Shown here in pieces: positions 26,606-39,499 of a DNA stretch of 57,704 nucleotides. Where the stretch lies: contig NC_057757.1 of the NCBI RefSeq assembly GCF_004010195.1, forward strand, positions 699,759-757,462, in the 5' to 3' direction. The notes under the pieces were generated by a model. It was not told the DNA's origin. It saw nothing but the letters and a program-made list of their open reading frames with translations, and ran no database searches. The stretch is from Chiloscyllium plagiosum. Taxonomy: Eukaryota. Position 1 is the first letter of the stretch. Every line of letters starts with the position of its first letter. The position numbers and the translations under genes were made by a program.

Positions 26606-27989
26606 CATATCCTCCGTAACTCTGACTCTTCGTGACATCTCCTGATACCCCAAAACCTATCCAATCATCAAGGCTTAAGTCAGGAGTGCAATAAAATACT
26701 GTGATAGGGAATTACCAGCATTTGCAAGATCCTCTCCATGGCACACACCACTCTGACTTGGAAATATTGGTTTCTTTATTAGTTCTGGGTCAGAATCCTG
26801 GAACTTCCTCCCTAAGGCATTGTGGATGTACCGACACCAACTGAAATGCAGCATTCGAGGCACATCACCACCACGGACAACCAGGAAAGGGAAATAAACA
26901 TTGCCACAGCCAGTGATGCCTGCATCCCATCAGTAAATAAGTGAACTCTTGGTTGGTAGTTTTAAAGGTTATCAAACTAAAGCAGACACCTGATTGAAGT
27001 GACTACTGGAAAATCCTTGAAAGGCTGAATATCTTTACCATGTTTATATCGTAAGGACACAGTTTGCTCGTCAACTCAACCCCAGAATTCAGTAAGATTC
27101 TCTATTGTTTCGATTTCAAGAGGCTTCACCTTTATAAGGCAAAGGCATTATTTCACAAGAACTAATGATAGTTTGTTCTTTTTACAAAAAAAAATCAATT
27201 TAATGATACTCAACATGAGAAAATGTGAGGGCCCAGCACAGCTGGAGAATTCCTGGTTTTAAAACCACTATATTCAGTGAAGGTAAAGGATAATTCAACT
27301 GTTTAAATTGCAGTCCTGCATCTTCAAAGTGGGCAGATAACATCAAACCACAGGACTGTAGTTTCAACTGTTTAGTAGACAATGCCCAAAAGCACTTACA
27401 CCTAGATTGGATTTCATTTGTTACTGGTTAACAACTCCTTTTCAAACAACACCAACTCAACACTGGCTGGGAAGCAAATGCTGACAGAACTGGTTTGGAA
27501 AACAAAATATTTTTGCACTTGGAGGGGGCCAAAAATAAATCTTTCAGAAGCTCTGAACCCTGTTCAAGTTCTCTTCCCTAATCACAAAGGGTTTTTTAAA
27601 AAAAATTCAGAAGGAAGCAAACACACCATCTCCCAGAAAAACACCCTATAACTATAATCCAGGGGCAATCTCTCATTCAGCAATGCGTTAACTTCAATGC
27701 AAATGAAAAATAATCCATGAAACTTCACAACCCATCACTGAGTTGCAGCATTACAGAAGTTATCCGGAGTGTCTAATAGCAAAATTAGAAATAGCAAAAT
27801 AGCAAATTTCTTTCCGTTCTGAGAACAGCTTTACGGGTGATGTCAATGTAGCACATCATGAAATTGGATTCAAGAAAGAGGACCACAAAGGGCTTAACCC
27901 TTTCACCAGCAAAAGCCTAATTTTAGCTTCAAAATGGCCTTTAGGTGCATGGGGTGCAGTGCTCAACAGTAAGTTATTCTTATTTCTTG

Positions 27990-28315
27990 ATTCATAGGGT
28001 GAGGGCGTTGTTGGCTGAGCCAGCATTTGCTGCACATCCCAGAGGGCAGTTGAGAGTCAACTATGTTGCTATGGGTCCGGAGTTCCATGTAGGACAGGCC
28101 AGGTAAGGTTGGCAGTATCCCTCCCTAAAGGACATCAGTGAACCAGATGAGTTTCCAGAGATTGATTCATGGTCATCATTGGACTATTCTAGCTTTAAGA
28201 AATTGCATTCAAATATCACCATCTGCCATGGCAGAATTTGAACCCAGGTCCCCAGCACATTCCTTGGGTCTCCAGATTAACAGTCTAGCAATAATACTGC
28301 TAGGCCTTCGCTCCC
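27990..28315 (-). mobile_element. SINE family 2 copy
   Basis: Reverse complement of the family 2 head (ctgggttcaaattc), body and tail. Confidence 0.75.
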
Positions 28316-28934
28316 CCCACCCTGGATGGGGAAGCTCCACACTGGTTGGAACTCTGCCCAGACCAAGCCTCAGCCTCTTGTCTGTTGGCTAAAAATATAG
28401 GCCCATCGACAAATTCTGCTCAAAAATATGCAGGGACACTCGTTCTGTTCGCACTCTACATCAGACGTTATCCGGTAAGGATCTGTACACATTGTGGAAC
28501 AAGAAGCCACTGGCAGCAGAAACAAGGCTGGGTTTGTTTAAATGACTGGGCTGTTTGAGCTCTGCATCACTGAGCTTCAGGGACATTAATGACATGGCCC
28601 ATAGTTAGGAAACGTGTGCACAAACGTTCATGTCATAGCACAAAGAATGAGGTGGCTTTCTGGAAACCTCTCGTGGGCCCCAAACACAATATTCACTAAG
28701 AGACGGAAGAAAATATCACAATAGCAACATTAGGGAGCCAGCCACGCAGTAAAACGTAATTATTCTCTAAGGGCCCAGGCAGCCTCTGGCTTGACTCCAA
28801 ATCCACACCTTCCAGCCGTGTAAATGCTGTGTATGCAGGGGCCACTAATACCATGGTTTACAGCTTAACTTTCACTAGTCCCTTTTGCCGGTCACAAGCC
28901 CCTGTCTTCAAGATGTTCATCATGGTTTTCAATC

Positions 28935-29790
28935 CGTCCATAACCTCAACCTCACCACATCCATAAATTCACCCTCAGCACCTACGACCCTCCCCACGCC
29001 CAATTACCCCACCCCGACAACTCTCCTAATGTCCATAACCCCNNNNNNNNNNNNNNNNNNNNNNNNNNNNNNNNNNNNNNNNNNNNNNNNNNNNNNNNNN
29101 NNNNNNNNNNNNNNNNNNNNNNNNNNNNNNNNNNNNNNNNNNNNNNNNNNNNNNNNNNNNNNNNNNNNNNNNNNNNNNNNNNNNNNNNNNNNNNNNNNNN
29201 NNNNNNNNNNNNNNNNNNNNNNNNNNNNNNNNNNNNNNNNNNNNNNNNNNNNNNNNNNNNNNNNNNNNNNNNNNNNNNNNNNNNNNNNNNNNNNNNNNNN
29301 NNNNNNNNNNNNNNNNNNNNNNNNNNNNNNNNNNNNNNNNNNNNNNNNNNNNNNNNNNNNNNNNNNNNNNNNNNNNNNNNNNNNNNNNNNNNNNNNNNNN
29401 NNNNNNNNNNNNNNNNNNNNNNNNNNNNNNNNNNNNNNNNNNNNNNNNNNNNNNNNNNNNNNNNNNNNNNNNNNNNNNNNNNNNNNNNNNNNNNNNNNNN
29501 NNNNNNNNNNNNNNNNNNNNNNNNNNNNNNNNNNNNNNNNNNNNNNNNNNNNNNNNNNNNNNNNNNNNNNNNNNNNNNNNNNNNNNNNNNNNNNNNNNNN
29601 NNNNNNNNNNNNNNNNNNNNNNNNNNCCTACAACCTTTGCCATTTCCATAACCCCTCCCCACATCCATAACCCCCTCCAACCTTCCCAGTGTCCATAACC
29701 CGCTCCCAACCCCTACAACCTTTCCCATGTCCATAATCACCTACCTCTCCTCCCCTCAGCCCCAATAACCTCCCCCATGTCTATAACCTC
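28935..29790. repeat. Degenerate ~30-bp C-rich tandem repeat (CCATAACC core) flanking gap 29043-29626
   Basis: ccataacc/tgtccataacc recurs on both sides of the N run. Confidence 0.7.
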
Positions 29791-30779
29791 ATCCAGGATG
29801 TTAAAGATGTCAGCTCTTCCAATTGTGTCCCCTTCAGCATCCCAATTCCCAGCTGATCCAGTCTGAAGAGGTGCCAAGCTGCACTGATCAGCAGTCAGTG
29901 TGGTACATTAACACTCATGGTAGTAGAGAACATGGTTTCCTGAGCAATGCACCAAATTTCAGAATACGCACAACGCGATCAATGACCTCTTTCTGTACTG
30001 TGATGGGGTTGTGGCATATGCCAGTTTCCAGGAGCAGAACTGATTTAAGGTGGTGAAAACATGGATCAGTACAGAAGACTCTCCCCTTTCACTGAAGCAA
30101 GAAAGAAATTGTATTTCACAAAAAGGCATCAGAAAACATGGCCCTTTAACAGTGGGACTGTGCACCCTGTAAGAGTGCACTACAACAACTCACCAATCCT
30201 TGTCCAACAGCATCTTCCAAAGCCATGGTGTCTACCGCCTTAAAGACTCCAGGTAGCAGATACGGGTACACCACCACGTGCAAATTCCTCCCCAAACCAC
30301 TCACCATCCTGGCTTGCTCCATTGTGGCCATTGCTTCATGATCAATTGGTCAAAATACTGGAAATCACTCATTAACAACAGTGTAGGGGCCCCTTTATGA
30401 CACGCACACGACAGACTACAGCAGTACAAGGCAGCAGCTCTCCAAGGCCAAATAGGGCTGGTAAATAAATGCTGGCCTAGTCAGCAACACCCACATGCCT
30501 TGAAAGAATACAAATATTCCAGCAAACAATTCTAATTTAAATGTAATCACCTAAGCATACTGCTATATCCTGGTAATGGTACCGAACTAAAGCTATGACT
30601 AGTAATCTAAGGACCCAAGCAATGTGGATCTGAATCCTACCAAGACAGATGGCAAAGTGAATTCAAAGAATCTGGAATTAAAATTGTTGCAGAAACCCAT
30701 CTGCTTTGTAATGTCCTTTAGGGAAGGAAATCTGCCATCCTTATCCAGTCTGGCCGACATGCAACACCAGACTCACAGT

Positions 30780-33580
30780 CAACATGGTTGCCTTCTCAAA
30801 TCAAACTAAAATGTTTCAAAGAAATTAAACCAGACAGACAGTTGGCATTGTCTAAGGGACGAGCAATCTCAACCCTGTTAATGCTACAAAGTTGTCCTTA
30901 CGAACATCTGGGAGTCAGCACCAACACTGGGAGAACCACTTCAGACTAGTTAAGCAACTGCCTGACATTCTCAAAATCATTACAGGCAGTGCCTCAGATA
31001 ACACCACAGGTACACCCTAACTAACCCAGAGATGATGGAACAATGGTGTACAGTCACAAGAGACTTGCCTTATGAACTCTGGACCCTGAACCCTCCCAAT
31101 TACCAGCAAGCCAAGAGGATATCTACCCGTGGCTCAATGAGTGCAAGAGTACATACTAGGAACAGTACCAGGCATAGCTAAAAATGGAAGTGCTAACCTG
31201 TGAAGCTACAACACTGGGACACTACTGTGCCAACAGCATAGGTAACAAGTCATATTAAATTATTCCACAGCCAGTTTAGATTCAAGCCCTTCAGTTCTGC
31301 CACAGATAGTGAATCCTGGTGGACAAGTGGACAACTCATTAGATGAGGCACCTTCACAGAAATGCCTATCCATAAATATTGGGGAAGCCCAGTACATCAG
31401 TGTTCAAGATAAGGATGCAACAATCTTCAAATGAATGATATCTCAGTCTCCAAATGCTCCAAGCATCACTGATGCCAGTCTTCAGCCCATTCAACACACA
31501 CAAAAGGCTGAAGACACAGGATCTTGCAAACACTATGGGTCCTGACAATATGCTAGCAATAGTACTGAAGAACACAATGTGCTAGAACTAGCCAAGCCGT
31601 TCCAATACAAATTCACTCAGCTCATGACCACCCCACCAATGTACTCCTAATTATCAGGAGAGTGATGAAAGGGGTCATCAACAGTGCTCTCGAGCACTTG
31701 GTTAGCATTAACCAGTCCATTAGTGCTCAGTTTGGGTTCAGCCAAGATCACCCAGCTGATCAAACACAGAGGTGAGGGAAGGGTGACGCGAAACTCCATC
31801 AAGTTTGAGATATAAGACCTTCCCCTGCATAAAGCCATGCTGATGATGCATGAGAAGTCCATTCTTCTTCAGATGCAAATAAATCCTGAGAATCTTCTCA
31901 AATAACCTCCCTACCACTGATGTGAGACTCACCAGTTTAAAACATCCTGGATTATTCCTGCCACCCTTAAAGCAATATAGCTATTTGCCAGGCTCCTGTG
32001 ACCTTGCCTGTGGCTAAAGAATATACAAAGATTATCAATGCCCCAGTAATCTCCCCCCTTATCTCCATTAGTATCCTGGGATAGATCTCATTCGGCCCTA
32101 GGGACTTATCATGCCCCTCCCTAATCTTGCCACCAACCATGTCCTTCTCCTTGGTGAAGACCGTGAAGTACTCATTCAGGACCTCACCCATTTGGCTTGA
32201 CACATTCCCACTTTTGTCCTTGAATGGATCTAGCCTTTCTTGATCCACCCTCCGGTTCCTACAATAAAGTGCCTTGGGATTCTCCTTAATCCTTTTTGCC
32301 AAAGACATTGCTCACAGTCCATGCTCGCTCTAATTTCTTTTCCAATAAATTTTCTGCTTCCTTTCTTATCAAGGGGCTTGTTTGATATCAGTTTCCTAAG
32401 CCTTACATATGCTTCCATTTCATTTTCTGATCAACCTTTTATGGCTTGTCATCCAAGATTTCTGAAGCTTGCCATCTTGTCTTTCATCCCAACAGGAACA
32501 TTCCAGCCAATTGGATTTGTCTCCTGTGAATTTACCTCAACTGCCATCCCAATCTAATTTCTCTGGCTCCTGTCCAATGCTGTCACGATAACCCTTCCCC
32601 CACCTGTGCCTCAGTGTAGACTTAGTCCCAACCATCTTCAATTGCTTCAATGATCTTCCCTGAATCAGAAAGATGAGATGTAGGGATATTCGCTGATGAT
32701 TGCACAGTGTTCAGCACCACTCAACTCTTCAGATACTGAAGAGTCCATAGTAAATGCAGCAAGATCTGGAAGCTATCAAGCTTGGGCTGACAAGTGGAAA
32801 ATAACATTCACACCACTTCAAAACAAAAACAAAGCTAACGTTACTTTGAAATGTAATGGCATTGCCATCACTAAATCCCTCACAACAACCTGGGGCTACT
32901 GCTGACCAGCAAGTGAACGCTAGCTACAGAAAGGGTGGCTACAAGAGCAGGTCAAAGTTGGCGACCTTGAAAGTAAGTTGCTTCCCAAGTCTCCACTATT
33001 TCAAAAAGGCTCCATGGAGTTTGATGGAATACTCCCCACTTACCTGGATGAGTGCAGCTCCAACAAAAGCATCCGCTTGACTGGCACCACATCCACACCC
33101 TCCACTTCCAATGTATAACAACAGAGTGCACCATCCACTGATACACTATAAATTAACCAAACCTTCTTAGACAATCCTATAACCATACCAGTAAGGACAA
33201 GGGCAGTAGGACAGATGGAAATACCCAACTTCAGGCCTCCCACTACCCTGACTTGGAAATATATTGCATTCTCAGAGGGTGGTATGGAATGAGCTGCCCA
33301 GAGGAAGTGGTGGAGGCTGGTACAACTACAGCATTTAAAAGACATTTGGATGGGTATATGAATAGGAAGGGTTTGGAGGGATATGGGCCGGGTGCTGGCA
33401 GGCGGGACTAGATTCAGTTGGGAATATCTGGTTGGCATGGACGGGTTGGACCGAAGGGTCTGTTTCCATGCTGTACATCTCTGACTCTTGCAGTGTGGCT
33501 GGGTCAAAATCCTGAACTGCACTTACAGTACTGTACTATGTATTCCTCCATCTCAGACTGCAGCAATTCAGGATGACAAA
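30780..33580 (+). mobile_element. Old CR1/L2-clade LINE remnant, interrupted by CR1 fragments (minus 31803-32600; plus 33274-33488)
   Basis: RT core IFADDCTVF at ~32686-32712, then QAWADKWKITF. The inserted CR1 piece encodes RIKENPKALY..GPNEIYPRIL..LTSVVGRLFEKI..QHGF. Confidence 0.7.
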
Positions 33581-34694
33581 TCAGCAACTAAGGGTCAAAC
33601 ATTTAGACATTGAAGAGCAGAAACCCAGTGTTGTATAAAGTTTAGTTCTGCCTCAGGTGCTGGCAAAGTCGTTAAAATATCTTGGAGATAGATTCCTGTT
33701 AAGCAGGAGAATCTAACATTACCAAGGTACGTGGAATGTGGAATCTGAAACAGGCAGATGACTCATGATCTTCCTGAAAAATCATAAAAGACCCAAATGG
33801 CCTCCTCCTGCTTATAATATTGTATGATCCATCAACCTCCAACCATTACAGAAACCAGTAATTACTTCAGCTAACTTAATTCACGCATGGCATCAAGTAA
33901 TGTCTGAATCCATTGGATTCAGTAAACACTGGAGGACTCGACTACCATCTGTTATACCCAACAGAACTAGTGAAACCTCTAGCAGAGCTGTACTAGAGCC
34001 GAACCAACATTAACTTTATCAGGTAGATGTCAAAAAGCATCTGGGTATGTCCTATCGAGGAAACAAACAGAACAAAACCAACCCAGCCATTCCAGTCTCC
34101 TGCTTGCCAAATCCTTCCCACAAGGTACATGTTGAGGAGACAAAGTATTCAACGATCTAACACAAACAGCTTGGTTCCATAAAGCAGGATAAAACAGGCC
34201 CACTTGAATGACATCCCACCACAACTTACAACATCCATTCTTTCCACCCCCACTCAGTAATAGTAGTAGTAGTAGTGCATACCCAGCTACAGACAAGGAT
34301 ACTTAGACTGCATCTTCTATCTGCACAAACTCTACTATTGAGAAGGATTGGGACTGCATTTAAATGGGAACATCACCTCCAGCAAATTCCCCACCAAGGT
34401 TCTCACAATCCTGACCTGGAAATAGCACCAGCCCTTCAGTACCACTGGGTCAAAATCCCTCCCTAACCACATTGTGGGTGCAGCCACTCCTCATGGACTG
34501 CAGCGATTCAAAGCAGCAACTCAACACTTCTCAAGGGCAACTAGGGATGGGCAAGAAATGTTGGCCCAGCCAATGATTCCACATCCCAATAAGGAACAAA
34601 GTCAATGGTGATTTGGTACTGCACTTCCCCCATGTCTTTACACCCTTAGCAAGGGCTGGTGCCTCCAATGATATCCTGAAGCCTGCCTTGTGGA

Positions 34695-34815
34695 GATGAA
34701 GGAGCAGTGCTCCAAAAGCTAGTCCTTCCAAATAAACCTGTTGGACTATAACCTGGTGTTGTGTGATTTCTAACTTTGTACACCCCCCGTCCAACAACGG
34801 CGTCTTCAAATCATT
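34695..34815 (+). mobile_element. PLE terminal repeat fragment with truncated hammerhead
   Basis: GATGA-AGGAG-CAGTG-CTCC-AAAA-GCTA-GT followed by aaataaacctgttggactataacctggtgttg; homologous to 7316-7400. Confidence 0.65.
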
Positions 34816-34919
34816 CTTGAATAATGCTCTGGAATTTTCTGTGTTCAGGTGAGGGGGACGAGTGGGTGAGGGTTGGGGTGGGGGGGGTGGGTGGAGGGAG
34901 TGTGTGGGGGGTGAGGGGT

Positions 34920-35900
34920 CCAAGGGGCCCGTCGATCCCAACAGCCACCGCATTGCCCCCCGCCGCCCCTCCCCCGAGCCGGGTGTGAACACGAGCGGCG
35001 TGCCCCGTCCCCGGCCCGTCCCCGGCCCGGCCCGGCCCTGCCCTCAGACACTAGGCCGCAGCCTGAGCCTGGAGTCCGCTCCGCCGGCAGCTCGCCTCAC
35101 CTTGTAGAAAGCGCCATTCGAGCCGCGCACCTCCACGGCCAGCCCGTCCATGGCGCTGCCTGCCCGCCTTCCAGCCAGGCGGCCGGGCTCGGGGTGGGGG
35201 TGGGGGTGACGGGGACCGGGGGAAGGGAGAGCCCTCACCGACGGGACAGCGACGGACGAGAGAAAAAAAAAACCCTCGCGGCCGCTCGGCTCCGGTTATT
35301 AAAAAAAACCGCCCCGCCCCCCCACCAGTCTCCGACCCGCCCCCCGGTCTCTTGCCTCTCATTGGACGCCATGTCCGACCAATCGCTTACCGCTTTGCTC
35401 ATCCCGTCGCGCCCGTTGGTCGCTATCCGCCATCCATCACACACAAACGCCCTTTCCACTGGTCCGTATGGCCGTCGATCGTACCCGAACGCCCGCCCTC
35501 CCCAGGTAGCGCCCCGCCGATTGGACGCGACGCCCTGTGCCCCTCCCCCATTGGTCGCTGGGCGAATTCCTGGAAAGTCCGTTGGTGCGGACCGGACAGG
35601 GTGGATGTTTGTTCGTAAATGGGGGGAGGCGCGCGGGTGCTGGAGGACCCGCCTCCTCTCGACGACGATTGGTTGACCTCCGCCCACTCCGCCGTCCCCG
35701 GACTCTATGAATGGACTGAGGTGCTGTCAATTGCAGTTAACGGCCCGGTCGCGCGGCGCCTCTGCCCATGACCACTCCCGATTGGATGGTCTGACCGACA
35801 TTCAAACCATTGGACCCACCCTGGCCGTTTCCGATTGGACAGACGGCCAAGCTAATGACCAATCTGTGCCCATCGGGCTCTGATTGGTCTGTCAGCACGT
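34920..35900 (-). promoter_or_regulatory. CpG-island promoter/5'UTR with GC boxes and 10 CCAAT boxes
   Basis: This is a high-GC, CpG-dense segment around exon 1. It has GCCCCGCCCC at 35311-35320, ATTGG at 35361, 35520, 35550, 35668, 35781, 35809, 35834 and 35883, and CCAAT at 35379 and 35859. Confidence 0.85.
35101..35151 (-). CDS. FXR2: Fragile X-related protein, coding exon 1 (MDGLAVEVRGSNGAFYK); most likely FXR2
   Basis: The ATG sits in a strong Kozak context (GCGCCATGG). The 51 nt/17 codons end at a canonical donor AAG|GTGAGG. VEVRGSNGAFYK is the invariant N-terminus (first Agenet/Tudor domain) of FMR1/FXR1/FXR2. Family assignment is near certain; the paralog call rests on exon 2 residues. 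Confidence 0.93.
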
Positions 35901-37266
35901 CGTTTCCCACCTCCCCAGCGATGAGAGGATTTATGAATGGCCCTGTCTCAGGTGGAGAGTCTCCATTAAGTTTCTATTGAAGCTGCTCTGGTGTTCTGAG
36001 TTTGGTCTCCCTTTCTGCACCCACCCACTCACCGGTTCCACAATTACCGTGGTAGCCTTAGGGAATAGTCGCAATGAGTGTGGAGCTTCCATTCCCTCCC
36101 CTATTTGAGCAACTTGGCTTGAGCTACTCTCCCACCTTTATTCCGGAAATCCTTTCTCTTCAGATAATTAGCCAATTCCCTGTTGAAGTTCCCGCCTCTG
36201 CCACACTCCTAAGTTATGGCATTGCTGAATGCGACTTCAGATCACTAATATCCATCTCCAGCCTGGCCTACATGTGACTGCAGGCCAACAATAATGTGGT
36301 TGGCTCTTCAGTTCAAGAGCAATGGGGATGGGCAACAAATATTGGCCAGGCCAAAGGGTCTGTTTCCGTGGTACACAGCTTTATGACTCTAATAAACTTG
36401 CATCAGTGTTCCCTACCCCTCTGCCCAATATAAAATATATTTCTCTCAGTCCAGTCAGCTTAAATGTCTCTATAGGACTGTCCCTATCGCTATGACATTG
36501 TCCAGTTCTACAACCCTTCCAGATCTCCTTTCTCCTTCAATTCTGTCCGCTACAGCACCCTCAGATTTTCATTGGTGACCGTGTGTGCCCGTAGCTATAG
36601 GAATCCCACTCTAAACCTCTCACTCCTCTGAGACGCTCCTGAAAACTTATTCAACACAGCTTTCAGCCACCTGTCTAAATATTGCTTACGTGGCTCAGTG
36701 TCAAATGTTTTGATAATGTACCAATTATGTTCTTAAAATGTCCTCATAAAGTGGTTGGGAAGGTTCAACAATGGTAAAGGTGTTATTTGAGTTTTGTTAT
36801 GGTAACTAACAAAATCAAATCACACTGAGATTCCGTATAGATTGCTTTTAATCAGCACTTTTAAGAACACATACCATCTCATTTCTCCACAGAAACAATG
36901 ACTGTTTTTTCACATGTTTCCAGACCTGCTGTATTTCTCCAGCCATTTTTGTTGTGACTGGGCTGTGAGAGTACATCAAATTCTATTGTTTTTTTTTAAT
37001 TGAAAAACATCAAATGCAGAGACTGGTGGAAGATGGGCTTCAACTGGGTAGGTAAATTAGTCCAAATACTGAGGTTTGGAAAGTTTCTTAGGTTCTGAAG
37101 AACTTCAACTGAGCAAGAGTGTGTCTTACTGTATCGAGTTTCTGTTTCTTTTGAGTTCCTAGGTTTGTAAAACAGAAACCAAGTACAGAGAGGGTTGCTT
37201 GGTAACCATTAGTACAAGTTCCACACAGTCGATTCTAAATGCAGGATTTCCATCAATTAAGGACTT

Positions 37267-38270
37267 TTGACAGTGCCGAACTCCCTCAGCACTGACCCTC
37301 TGATAGTGCAGCACTCCCTCAGCACTGACCCTCCAACAGTGCCCACTCCCTCAACACTGATCATCTAACAGTACCAGCTCCAATGAACCCTCCAATACTG
37401 CAGCACTCCACAGCACTGAACCTCTGACAGTGCAGCACACCCTCAGCACTGATCCTCCAACAGTGCCCACTCCTTCAGCACTAACCCTCTGACACTGCCT
37501 GCTCTCTCAGCACTAATCCTCCGATAGTGCCCATTTCCTCAGCACTGACCCTCTGACAGTGCTCACTCCCTCAGCACTGACCCTCTGATAGTGCCCACTC
37601 CCTCAGCACTAACCCTCTGACAGTGCTCACTCCCTCAGCACTAACCCTCCGACAGTACCCACTCCCTCAGCGCTGACTGTCCGACAGTGCCCGCTCCATT
37701 AGCGCTGACCCTCTGACAGTGCCTGCTCCCTCAGCGCTGACCCTTCAGCATGCAGCCCTCCATCAGCACTGACCCTTCAACAGTGCCCGCTCCCTCAGCG
37801 CTGACCCTCCAACAGTGCGGTCCTCCCTCAGCACTGACCTTCTGAATGGTGCCTGCGCTCTCAGCACTAACCCTCTGACAGTGCAGCCCTCCCTCAGCAC
37901 TGACCCTCTGATGGTGCCTGCGCTCTCAGCACTAACTCTCTGACCAGGACCCACTCCCTCAGCATTGACCCTCTGACAATGCAGCACTCTCTCACCTCTG
38001 ACCCTCCAACAGTGCGGCCATCCCTCAGCGCTGAGCCTCTGACAGTGCCTGCTCCTTTAGCGCTGACCCTCCGACAGTGCCCACTCCCTCAGCGCTGACC
38101 CTCTGACAGTGCCCGCTCCCTCAGCGCTAATCCTCTGACAGTGCCTGCTCCCTCAGCGCTGATCCTCTGACAGTGCCCACTCCCTCAGCGCTGACCCTCT
38201 GACAGTGCCTGCTCCCTCAGCGCTGATCCTCTGACAGTGCCCACTCCCTCAGGACTAACCCTCCAACAGT
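37267..38270. repeat. Minisatellite, 32-33 bp unit, ~31 copies
   Basis: Consensus CTCCCTCAGCACTGACCCTCTGACAGTGCCCA repeated in tandem. Confidence 0.95.
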
Positions 38271-39499
38271 AATTCAAAAGGTGTCTGTTCCAGTCAATCA
38301 TGACTTATCAATGGAGCAATTGATGTTAATTCCAGCTAAATAAGGGGAAAATATATGAATCACCATTTATTAAAAAATCAACAGTTTGAAATAAAATCTG
38401 AACTTGTTTTTCTGTTGTAATGCTCCTGGGGAATGTTTGTTTTAATCACACTTAAACTCTCAGGATGTCTTTTAGCTTTCAGTTTCATTTCCCAAGTCGT
38501 CCACTCGAAACCAGAGCTTCTCTGTTCTTGCTTGTCAAAAATGTTTGTGCCTCATGTTTGGTGACAAATACATCCGGTCCTGTGGCTGTAAAATTCAACA
38601 CAATTATCGGGGAGCTTGTCGAACGTGAATGAACCAGAGAGACCGACAAATCAATTCCCTTGCCCCACTGCGTCTCGTCTCTCAGACCAACAAGATCGCA
38701 CTTGCTCGATCTATCCTTCGGTTCCCACCCTCCTCTGTCCCTGCCGTCATAGGCTGCTGGGCCGAGAGGGTCTGCAGGATGTTTCCTGCATCTCCCTGGA
38801 GATTCTAAACCAAAATATGAGACCGCAGTGGGATCAGTGTTAATGGAAAAGGTTGCTATTCACCCTCGATGGTCTCCCGCACAGGAACATACTGAATTCA
38901 TCATGCCTCTGACACAGCCCACTCCTCTTTGCTCAGTTCATTCTCAAGAATTCCCAATGTGGCTGCTTCCAGGCAGTGTATTCCAGACCACAACAACTTG
39001 TTGCATTGAGAATCAACTCTCCAAATTGCCCCCTCTGGTTCATGTCTCTTCAACATGTTCTCTGCTGACTGTCCTGCCACTGGAAGGAGTTTAAATCCAG
39101 CCCTCATCAACACTTCGGTTAGATTTTCCATTAATCTCCTGTGCTCACAGGAGTCATAGAGTAACACAGAACGGAAACAGACCCTTCGGTCCAACCACTC
39201 CACGTCGAACATAATCCCAAACTAAACTAGTCCCACCTGCCTGCTCCTGGCCCAAGACCCTCCAAATGTTTCTTATTCATGAACTTATCCAAAAGTCTTT
39301 TCAAAGTTATAACTGTACTAGCATCCAACACTTCCTCTGGAAGTTCATTCCACACATGAACCACCCTCTGTATAAAAGAAATGGTCCCTCGTGTCTTTCT
39401 TAAATCTCTCTCCTCTCACCTTAAGAATGTACACCCCAGTCTTGAAATCCCCCACCCTAGGGAAAAGGCACCTGCCATGCACCTTGTCTATACCTCTCA

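Larger units (their letters stand above)
3115..35100 (-). other. Intron 1 of the FXR gene (31,986 bp, TE-filled)
   Basis: GT..AG boundaries lie between two exons that are contiguous in the FMR1/FXR protein. Confidence 0.85.

Noticed and set aside
35051..35730. Overlapping 90-160 aa ORFs in the CpG island
   Set aside because: This is stop-poor GC-rich promoter sequence with no recognisable protein. Only 35101-35151 is coding.
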